Below are positions 1 through 5,926 of a stretch of DNA of 8,301 nucleotides, in pieces. A model generated the notes under the pieces. That model saw only the letters and a program-made list of their open reading frames with translations, was not told where the DNA came from and searched no databases. The number at the start of each line of letters is the position of its first letter. The stretch's first letter is position 1. The stretch comes from a virus (taxonomy: Duplodnaviria; Heunggongvirae; Uroviricota; Caudoviricetes), in IMG/VR virus record IMGVR_UViG_2609460356_000006; one strand, 5' to 3'. The translations under genes were made by a program, and so were the position numbers.

Positions 1-348
1 AAATCGCGCCAGCGCTGGCTGTTTTACGCGTATGACAGGCTCCGGAAGACGGTTGTTGCGCACGTATTCGGTGAACGCACTATGGCGACGCTGGGGCGTC
101 TTATGAGCCTGCTGTCACCCTTTGACGTGGTGATATGGATGACGGATGGCTGGCCGCTGTATGAATCCCGCCTGAAGGGAAAGCTGCACGTAATCAGCAA
201 GCGATATACGCAGCGAATTGAGCGGCATAACCTGAATCTGAGGCAGCACCTGGCACGGCTGGGACGGAAGTCGCTGTCGTTCTCAAAATCGGTGGAGCTG
301 CATGACAAAGTCATCGGGCATTATCTGAACATAAAACACTATCAATAA
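1..348 (+). CDS. insB: IS1 transposase InsB, C-terminal part (5'-truncated by window edge)
   Basis: Frame 1 is open from nt 1 ([38 protein letters not shown]...HYLNIKHYQ-stop); the 82..348 ORF is the tail of this frame. Recognised as InsB from memory. Confidence 0.9.
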   Translation, partial: KSRQRWLFYAYDRLRKTVVAHVFGERTMATLGRLMSLLSPFDVVIWMTDGWPLYESRLKGKLHVISKRYTQRIERHNLNLRQHLARLGRKSLSFSKSVELHDKVIGHYLNIKHYQ

Positions 349-363
349 GTTGGAGTCATTACC
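1..363 (+). mobile_element. IS1 insertion sequence, right-hand portion only (left part lies outside the window); right terminal inverted repeat ends at 363
   Basis: Sequence 1-363 matches the IS1 3' region from memory, including the characteristic terminus ...CACTATCAATAAGTTGGAGTCATTACC ending at 363; frame 1 encodes the InsB C-terminus. Confidence 0.9.
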
Positions 364-390
364 CACCTTTTAAAAGAAAAACCCTTTAAA

Positions 391-491
391 GGTGAACAGG
401 TGAATACTTGGTGAACACTTCAATAAAAAGTGTTCCCCCCTTAACTATCTGTTAAATAGACGATTTTATCCACGGTGAATAGTGGTGAACA
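391..491. repeat. Iteron cluster, 5 copies of GGTGAAYA (reverse complement TRTTCACC), crr-like cis replication region just 3' of the helicase gene
   Basis: GGTGAACA at 391-398, 410-417, 484-491; GGTGAATA at 399-406, 474-481; plus inverted copy GAACACTT/AAGTGTTC at 413-420/428-435. The octamer equals the P4 alpha-protein type I iteron TGTTCACC as I recall it. Confidence 0.6.
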
Positions 492-500
492 CTTTTCCCA

Positions 501-2270
501 TTACTTTTGATTTTCTCCACTGTTATGAGATGTATCATTCCACATAGGCATCCAGTCTTCTGAGTCGTCGTGAAGCGTGACGTTTGACCTTATGCCATGT
601 TTTGTTTTGCGCTTCTGGTACTCCTTGCCATATTCAGCCATTGCGCCTGGCATATCCGTACCGAACCTCATCAGCGATACCGGCTTGCTCAGACCATTAG
701 CCCGCATATAAGCCAGATAAGCGTGATACAGATAACGGCGCGGGCTGAATGGCACGATCTCGGCATTGCCAATCAGCATTCCATCACAAACCACCGAAGC
801 CATCAGGTAGCCGCAAAAGTCCACCAGTGAATCCCCTTCACGTTTGATGGCCAGCGCTTCTTCTGATTTCTGCTGCTCATGCAAAAGCTGTTTGGCTTCG
901 TCCTGCCTGGAAAAGCGAGTGAGCAGGTGGCGAATGATTACAGCCAGCTCACCTTCAATCTTCTCGGCCAGCATAGGATCGCGTTCGTTTTCCGGTACCA
1001 CTTCGGAGAAGTTGAAAATCACCCGCCGTCTGGAAACCCCCCCGCTTCTGTCGCTGAACGACATGGCATTGTTATTGACGGCAAGCACCACCGCTGGAAT
1101 ACGGGTTGAATATGGCGCTTTGTGTTTAGGGTCAATGGCTACCTTATCCCCGCCAGTGATAGCTTTAATCCCTGCGCCGTCGCCAGCGTACCGGGTCATA
1201 TCCGGCATGATAATCAGCGAATAGCCCACTACCAGCGCCCTTTCCCTTGGGTTCTCCAGCGCCGCCATGCTCGCTGATACGGTGTTGGCCTTGCCCGCCA
1301 GCATCGTGCAGATCTCAGCCATAACACTTTTACCACTTCCGCCCGGCCCCGTTACCTCAAGAAACAGCTGCCAGTCGTACCGGTTCGCCAGCACCATAAA
1401 CAGCGCAGACAGTACGCGGTCTGCTTTTCGGTCATTATCCGCCACTGAGCGGCGGAGCCATTTCCAGAAGTTCGGCGCATGGGTTGCCAGAGTCTCTCCT
1501 TCTGCTGGTTCGCTGAATGGCAATTCGCTCGCAACGATAAGCCAGTCCTTTTTATCATGCGGTCGAAATTGGCCTAACCGGGTATCAAAAACCCCGTTGC
1601 TGAAACCAATAAGATTTCGGGCTGTATTACCCATCACTGGCAGACCCAGCTTCATTGTATCGACAGCGGATTTAATCGCGTTCTGCGAATAGGCGACTTC
1701 GGCATCAATAAAAATTTGCGCCATTTCCCGCTGTAGCTCTTTATCCGAAAGCGGAACCCACACCACGCCGTTGTAATGATGAACCGTGTCAGAATCAGCA
1801 TGGATCGCCAGATTGCCATCGTAATGAGCAAGCAGAACCTCCCCGCGCTGGCTGGCTCCCATCTGGTTAAGCGCTGGCGTAGCACTACCCCTCGTAGTCA
1901 CCATTAGGGGCTCGTCTTCCAAACGCTTCATTAATGGCGTCCAGTCCTCTTTCTCACCTTTTTCGTTGATAAACTCAGCATTGGTAACGCCAGCCTCACA
2001 CAGCTTATTTGCAATCATGCTGATTTGGTTTTGCTCGATAAGTCCGGCCTGACAGACACGAGCAAACCGACGGCCTTTATCAACAATGCGCAGGTGTGGC
2101 AATTCCGCCAGTTGGGTGTGATCCAGAACCACAGGTGGAACATCGTCTCCATGCTCGCCCTTGCCTTTCTGGTAATCCTGAGCGGCTTTCCATGCTCCCG
2201 TTCCAGCAAAGATGATGGCCTCCTCCATTTTGTCGCGCGGGAGGGTTTTCACATTAGGCGCGTTTTTCAT
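501..2270 (-). CDS. P4 alpha-like replication protein: P-loop (SF3-type) helicase of the phage/plasmid primase P4 family, probably with C-terminal iteron-binding domain
   Basis: 589-aa ORF with Walker A GPGGSGKS (aa 308-315) and Walker B-like LIIMPDM; sits at the end of a small-gene operon and directly upstream of the TGTTCACC-type iterons. Confidence 0.85.
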   Translation of the reverse strand: MKNAPNVKTLPRDKMEEAIIFAGTGAWKAAQDYQKGKGEHGDDVPPVVLDHTQLAELPHLRIVDKGRRFARVCQAGLIEQNQISMIANKLCEAGVTNAEFINEKGEKEDWTPLMKRLEDEPLMVTTRGSATPALNQMGASQRGEVLLAHYDGNLAIHADSDTVHHYNGVVWVPLSDKELQREMAQIFIDAEVAYSQNAIKSAVDTMKLGLPVMGNTARNLIGFSNGVFDTRLGQFRPHDKKDWLIVASELPFSEPAEGETLATHAPNFWKWLRRSVADNDRKADRVLSALFMVLANRYDWQLFLEVTGPGGSGKSVMAEICTMLAGKANTVSASMAALENPRERALVVGYSLIIMPDMTRYAGDGAGIKAITGGDKVAIDPKHKAPYSTRIPAVVLAVNNNAMSFSDRSGGVSRRRVIFNFSEVVPENERDPMLAEKIEGELAVIIRHLLTRFSRQDEAKQLLHEQQKSEEALAIKREGDSLVDFCGYLMASVVCDGMLIGNAEIVPFSPRRYLYHAYLAYMRANGLSKPVSLMRFGTDMPGAMAEYGKEYQKRKTKHGIRSNVTLHDDSEDWMPMWNDTSHNSGENQK

Positions 2271-2445
2271 CTTTCAGCCCCCAGCTAACGAAAGTGAACT
2301 CTTTAACGAACCTTTCCAGCGGAAAGATGCACGGAAAATCGTAACCATCACGCACAAACGTTACCCGGTTAAATGCGTTATCTTTCACCGTGACCAGTTC
2401 GCCGCGCTTATCCTTCCAGCTATCGTTGATTTCAGGATTTCGCAC
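2254..2445 (-). CDS. Small conserved phage protein (63 aa), tentatively DUF4222-like
   Basis: ORF overlaps the helicase start by 17 nt and the upstream gene by 14 nt (translational coupling); motif RVTFVRDGYDFPC resembles DUF4222-type proteins as I remember them. Confidence 0.55.
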   Translation of the reverse strand: MRNPEINDSWKDKRGELVTVKDNAFNRVTFVRDGYDFPCIFPLERFVKEFTFVSWGLKDEKRA

Positions 2446-2647
2446 TGTAAGCCTCCCGCGCCTTCACCAGCTCGCCGATAGATTTGTGCAGCAGAGACAT
2501 AATTGCTCCGACACGGCACGCTTCCTCACGGTGTTCTTCACCGTCGGGAATGCTGTCAATCCACATGCTCAGCACAGACATTGCGCACTCACTTTCTGAA
2601 AGGGCATTTTCAGCGTGCATCAGGACTTCAAAAGGAACCTGTCTCAC
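2432..2647 (-). CDS. Hypothetical small protein (71 aa) in the replication operon
   Basis: ORF tightly packed between neighbours with 4-nt ATGA-type overlap upstream; plausible acidic helical protein; no family recognised. Confidence 0.5.
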   Translation of the reverse strand: MRQVPFEVLMHAENALSESECAMSVLSMWIDSIPDGEEHREEACRVGAIMSLLHKSIGELVKAREAYSAKS

Positions 2648-2838
2648 TTTGTCTCTCCCATGTGCAGCTCGGCGATTAATGCCCGGTGAATTTCCTGATT
2701 AAAATCACACGCAATAGAAATCAGATTCAGCAGCGTTTCTGAACATTCAGCAGAGGCTTTTTCCAGGATGGTTTCGTAAAGTGATGAAGCCAGCGCTGAT
2801 TTATATTCGGCCTGCTCCAGACAGATTGGCTCACGCAT
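2644..2838 (-). CDS. Hypothetical small protein (64 aa) in the replication operon
   Basis: ORF overlapping both neighbours by a few nt; no recognisable motif. Confidence 0.5.
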   Translation of the reverse strand: MREPICLEQAEYKSALASSLYETILEKASAECSETLLNLISIACDFNQEIHRALIAELHMGETK

Positions 2839-3022
2839 AGCGAACCTCCTGAACTGGTAGACGGCCAGCGCATACCATCACGCAGCCAGCCGGTGATTGC
2901 TCACGGGCTTCGCGCTCAGTGTTAGCTGTGATGTGAATGACGTTGCGACCGATGGCGCTCAGTGCAAGAAAACGCCAGATGTAGGACTTCCGCCCTTGCG
3001 GGTGTGTGATATGATCTTTCAT
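2831..3022 (-). CDS. Small Ash/Icd-like protein (63 aa), first gene of the leftward operon (position analogous to P4 kil)
   Basis: Internal ATG at 3022-3020 of the long 2831..3805 ORF, preceded by GAGG 5 nt upstream; product [63 protein letters not shown] resembles the Ash/Icd-like small proteins of P4-like islands (from memory). Confidence 0.6.
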   Translation of the reverse strand: MKDHITHPQGRKSYIWRFLALSAIGRNVIHITANTEREAREQSPAGCVMVCAGRLPVQEVRYA

Positions 3023-3109
3023 AGCTGCCTCGTTACTTTCGCTAACGGTGGTGGTTAGAGGCCCGGTTAGTGTTCCACCACTGCCGGGCTTTGCTTTACT
3101 AAAAGTCAT

Positions 3110-3169
3110 GCAATGTAGTACATTGTCAACTCCACTACAGACTAGACCACAGGAGTTGACAATGTCAAC
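3110..3169. promoter_or_regulatory. Divergent control region with palindromic operator-like sites
   Basis: Perfect palindromes CAATGTAgTACATTG (3110-3124) and GTTGACAaTGTCAAC (3155-3169, centred on the RHH start codon), extra half-site TTGTCAAC (3123-3130); 13-bp inverted repeat CATTGTCAACTCC (3121-3133) / GGAGTTGACAATG (3152-3164). Confidence 0.5.
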
Positions 3170-3335
3170 AAGCGAAAATAAAGAGCGCCATGTTGTGCAG
3201 CTCAGACTCGATAAAGAACTGTCAGAGCGGCTCGCTTTAGCGATGAAAGAAGACGGTGACGATAATAAGTCGGGATGGATAAAACGCCTTTTGCGCCGTG
3301 AACTTGATAAGCGCGGCATCGAGCCAAAAGGCTGA
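3162..3335 (+). CDS. Ribbon-helix-helix-type small DNA-binding protein (57 aa), candidate repressor of the divergent operon
   Basis: ATG at 3162 preceded by AGGAG (3151-3155); N-terminal beta-strand pattern [12 protein letters not shown] followed by two predicted helices. The 3048 start of the ORF track lacks an RBS. Confidence 0.65.
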   Translation: MSTSENKERHVVQLRLDKELSERLALAMKEDGDDNKSGWIKRLLRRELDKRGIEPKG

Positions 3336-3421
3336 ACAGGGTTACTCCCCGTAATGCTGTGGACTGCCCCTCTTAAAAAGGGTCTGTTTTGCGCAACTAT
3401 TAATGAGTTGTGCAGAGGCTC

Positions 3422-3445
3422 CCCTCTTAAAGAGGGTTGGTTATC
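3422..3445 (+). terminator. Possible weak hairpin terminator
   Basis: CCCTC-TTAAA-GAGGG stem-loop (3422-3436) followed by a T-rich stretch; a similar but weaker copy at 3367-3382. Confidence 0.3.
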
Positions 3446-3654
3446 TTCGCAGCTCTCTACGTTTTTCGTCGGAGCCTCTAAACCACGTTTAACGTTGTTT
3501 TGCCATGAACCCGAATACTGTTCGCCTTTGTCTCGATCTCCGTACGTTAAACGTACGCGGTTAATTTGTGCGTACGGATTTCGTCGGCTCAAGGTTTGAC
3601 CACCAGCGGCAAGCCTGGTAATCTGGCGATGTTTCTGTAAAGCGGTATTGCACT

Positions 3655-3683
3655 GGCGGCCCGGCATGGCCGCCTTTGTTTTG
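3655..3683 (+). terminator. Rho-independent terminator for a plus-strand transcript
   Basis: Stem GGCGGCC (3655-3661) / GGCCGCC (3668-3674), 6-nt loop, followed by TTTGTTTTG (3675-3683). Confidence 0.6.
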
Positions 3684-3687
3684 CCTG

Positions 3688-4380
3688 TCATACAATAGCC
3701 TCCACTTTCAGCCCGCCAGCGGTATACCCCTGAACCCGAACACCATCGACGCGATGACGCTTTTTCGTCAGAAAGCGGATGTGATCTGCGTAGACGTACT
3801 GCCATTTACCATCGAGTGCCACACGTTTAAACCACGGATGAGGCTTAGATATGGTCTGGACAACTGGCGCGGAAGCCTTGCAGGGCGTGGGTTCTGCTGT
3901 GCATACCCCCTTATCGTTACCCGTTACTCTATACAGCCAGTAACTTGCCAGCTTCCCGGTCAATTTACGGGTGCGCACGGGGATATAACCCGCCTCACGC
4001 ATCGCCTTACCAAAAGTGGCATCGTCCGGGTAATACTGGCGGCGTAGTTCCGTAGATACTGAAACGGCAAAGCTGCGTTTAGTCGGGTATTCCTGCCACT
4101 GGCCGACAAATTCAAAAGGAAGACCATTAACCCTTCCTTTGGTCTTGTCCTTGCCGCTTATCCCTACATCATGGTCTGCCTCATGCACGGACACGCCGGA
4201 ACGCAGCCACACCAGCCCGTTACCGTTGTGGCGCAACCCCAGATCGGCAAGCGTAAATTCACCGCGATTAATGGGCGACCAGTCACCGGAAATAACCTGT
4301 TTACGGTTCGCTGAAATATCGTGCTGGCTGGCTACAGGGTGAGCGAATCCCTGCCCGTGGAGGGCATTAATCTTTTTCAT
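3688..4380 (-). CDS. Conserved hypothetical protein (230 aa) downstream of alpA; possibly the inovirus Gp2 / YfjJ-like family (low confidence)
   Basis: Long ORF with SD-like AGGT about 9 nt upstream, 20 nt after the AlpA-like stop (operon). Family guess rests on synteny in P4-like islands only. Confidence 0.75.
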   Translation of the reverse strand: MKKINALHGQGFAHPVASQHDISANRKQVISGDWSPINRGEFTLADLGLRHNGNGLVWLRSGVSVHEADHDVGISGKDKTKGRVNGLPFEFVGQWQEYPTKRSFAVSVSTELRRQYYPDDATFGKAMREAGYIPVRTRKLTGKLASYWLYRVTGNDKGVCTAEPTPCKASAPVVQTISKPHPWFKRVALDGKWQYVYADHIRFLTKKRHRVDGVRVQGYTAGGLKVEAIV

Positions 4381-4400
4381 CTCAGATTACCTGTGGTTAA

Positions 4401-4685
4401 TTAAGCAGATTTACGGCTGTATGGGTTATTGACGTTCTCTACTGCTGGCGGATTACGAACCCACCAGAGCACATCCGAAAGAAGCCAAGCACAGCTATTG
4501 CGGCCAAAGTGACAGCGCGGAGGGAAGCGCCCCTGCTGCTCCATCTTCCAGCGGCTGGAACGGGAAAGACTGGTGATCTCGCTGCATTCATCTTCACGGA
4601 TTCGGCGATCAAACTTAAAGCCGTACTCTTCTAAAAGGGTGCGGCGCTGTTCAGGATTTGGCGGGGTAAAGGTTATATTTTGCAT
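4401..4685 (-). CDS. alpA: AlpA/Vis-family phage transcriptional regulator (MerR-like HTH), 94 aa with N-terminal extension
   Basis: SLSRSSRW...GRFPPRCHFGRNSCAWLLSDVLWWV aligns by eye with the AlpA HTH and W-x3-EVxxW motifs; GGAGG upstream of the ATG. Confidence 0.8.
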   Translation of the reverse strand: MQNITFTPPNPEQRRTLLEEYGFKFDRRIREDECSEITSLSRSSRWKMEQQGRFPPRCHFGRNSCAWLLSDVLWWVRNPPAVENVNNPYSRKSA

Positions 4686-4737
4686 GCTGCCTCCACTGTT
4701 TCAATGTTATGCGAAGAGATTAGTGGATAAACGACCA

Positions 4738-4807
4738 GAATTTCCATTGATTCTGGAATCCTTTAAAAGAACATGCAATTCCATTGAAAGATAGAAATTC
4801 CATCAAG
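4738..4807. promoter_or_regulatory. Repeated AATT(T)CCATYRA motif upstream of alpA (three direct copies plus palindrome GATTCTGGAATC)
   Basis: TTCCATTGA at 4742-4750 and 4779-4787, TTCCATCAA at 4798-4806; palindrome 4750-4761; inverted copy TTTCAATG at 4698-4705. Confidence 0.35.
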
Positions 4808-4940
4808 ATAACGCTCCCCTGTTTAAAACAGTTTCCACAGTAATTTCAACGGCTGTCTCGAGAGAAAAAATCATGAATTTCAATAACTCGCCGAAGATCA
4901 CCGTTCTTTAACGATTTGATTCACCTTGGATTGTTCATAA

Positions 4941-5000
4941 CAAAGATGAACAATGATGAACGCTGATGAACAGTGATGAATAACCATGAACAAAGATGGA
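4941..5000. repeat. Six tandem 10-bp units nnnGATGAAC (iteron-like, TGTTCATC on the other strand), candidate ori
   Basis: GATGAAC at 4945, 4955, 4965, with GATGAAT at 4975, CATGAAC at 4985, GATGGA at 4995, all in strict 10-bp register; inverted TGTTCAT at 4932-4938. Confidence 0.5.
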
Positions 5001-5040
5001 AAAAGTTAGCAAGTAATGACCTAGTAGGGACCGTGGATGG

Positions 5041-5140
5041 AGCTAGGTATTGTTAGGTGCTGTCGGGTGCCGTTACGTGTCATAACGTGTCATTACGTGT
5101 CGTTGAATGCTGTTGAATGCTGTTGAATGCTGTTGAATGT
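5041..5140. repeat. Phased decamer array continuing the 10-bp register
   Basis: TGTYRGGTGC x2 (5051-5070), CRTWACGTGT x3 (5071-5100), YGTTGAATGY x4 (5101-5140); no unique spacers between units. Confidence 0.6.
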
Positions 5141-5275
5141 AACGGTAATACACATCAAATATAACAATTGAATCTCCTTGGCGATCATAGAATCGCCAAA
5201 AGCTCCAACAAATATAATTAATTAGTATTTTCACATGAAATATAAATAATACCTACTAACACTGCAAAATAATAT

Positions 5276-5926
5276 TCATTCCGTATAATAAATCGAATTT
5301 AATGCCTTTCGAATTTTCTCATATATTGCTGATTTAGATAATCCAGTTTTAGATATACCTTCCTCATCAGCTAATTTATATAGTTCGTTTAAAATAGCCG
5401 AGATGCTTGGTTTTTTAGAGGTGCCAAACGAATGGCCTATCTTATGTGCTATAAGCTTGACCAGCATCCCCATTAATTTATCATTATATTCCTTTTCATC
5501 TTCTTTACGATGCAAGCCGCGTTTGCTGCTTTTCAATGCAATTCCGACCTGTAAAAGCTCATCCCCTCCCATAGCATAAAGATGCTCTTTTCCTTTGTTT
5601 TGATTAGCAATTATAGCCACCGCCGCAAGGCATCTGTCCTTTATGGGTTGTGGTGTAATATCTTCATCAATAAGAGGATATGCCAGAGCAAACATATAGT
5701 CTGCGGGATAGGCTGTTGAGTTTCCACCTCGAAATAATTTAGATGCTGATAACCATCTACTCAGTTGTCGATAGTATATATTGTAAGCTTCAACTTTCGC
5801 TTCAGGGATATCAGCAGTTTTAACTGTCGGATCTACCCCACACATAAGTAGTGCAAGTTGTTTAATATTTAGCTCCGGGGCTTTGGCTTCTCGCTCGAAA
5901 ATACCCAATTTTAGAAAACTAGTCAT
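5276..5926 (-). CDS. AT-rich cargo protein of unknown function (216 aa) with a C-terminal HTH-like segment, start/stop-coupled to int
   Basis: ATG (5926-5924) overlaps the integrase stop as TAATG; sampled 60-nt lines give roughly 27-45% G+C against about 65% in a sampled line of the replication module; C-terminal ISKTGLSKSAIYEKIRKAL resembles an HTH; no family recognised. Confidence 0.75.
   Translation of the reverse strand: MTSFLKLGIFEREAKAPELNIKQLALLMCGVDPTVKTADIPEAKVEAYNIYYRQLSRWLSASKLFRGGNSTAYPADYMFALAYPLIDEDITPQPIKDRCLAAVAIIANQNKGKEHLYAMGGDELLQVGIALKSSKRGLHRKEDEKEYNDKLMGMLVKLIAHKIGHSFGTSKKPSISAILNELYKLADEEGISKTGLSKSAIYEKIRKALNSIYYTE

Noticed and set aside
24-314. 96-aa minus-strand ORF
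   Set aside because: Antisense to the IS1 insB reading frame; Cys/Arg-rich translation typical of a chance ORF.
597-1692. Plus-strand ORFs inside the helicase gene (597..830, 844..1224, 879..1109, 1267..1692) and the minus-strand ORFs 1352..1558, 1652..1885 and 2015..2209
   Set aside because: All overlap the 589-aa helicase CDS in other frames or on the opposite strand; compositions are low complexity and none has start signals.
2025-2702. Plus-strand ORFs 2025..2288, 2212..2481, 2390..2599, 2484..2702
   Set aside because: Antisense to the tightly packed small-gene operon and helicase start; no RBS and Ser/Arg/Pro-rich translations.
3061-3096. Hairpin GCCCGG/CCGGGC followed by a T-rich run as a plus-strand terminator
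   Set aside because: There is no plus-strand gene upstream to terminate and the loop is 17 nt; more likely part of the 5' leader or operator region of the minus-strand operon.
3048-3161. Upstream extension of the RHH ORF (start at 3048)
   Set aside because: No RBS before 3048; the extension would be translated across the operator palindromes. The ATG at 3162 has AGGAG at the right spacing.
3354-3599. 81-aa plus-strand ORF in the convergent gap
   Set aside because: No Shine-Dalgarno, Cys/Ser/Leu-rich product, and it spans the palindrome clusters; more likely untranslated structured sequence.
2831-3805. 324-aa minus-strand ORF
   Set aside because: Most of it is antisense to the RHH gene and the convergent gap, with a Ser/Arg/Leu-rich low-complexity translation and no upstream signals. 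Only the last 63 codons (2831-3022), which have a GAGG RBS and an Ash/Icd-like sequence, look real.
3676-4794. Plus-strand ORFs 3676..4047, 4139..4342, 4573..4794
   Set aside because: Antisense to the 230-aa and AlpA-like genes; no start signals.
4941-5140. Possible CRISPR array
   Set aside because: Units are only 10 bp, directly abutting, with no unique spacers and no cas genes nearby; this is an iteron or satellite-type repeat.
5181-5198. Hairpin GGCGAT/ATCGCC as terminator of the 216-aa gene
   Set aside because: No T-run follows on either strand, and it lies about 80 bp from the gene end; kept only as a possible structural element.
4686-5275. P2/P4-type cos site in the gap between cargo gene and alpA
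   Set aside because: No run resembling the 19-nt cohesive-end sequence (GGCGAGGCGGGGAAAGCAC from memory) or any CGGGG-containing stretch in this region.
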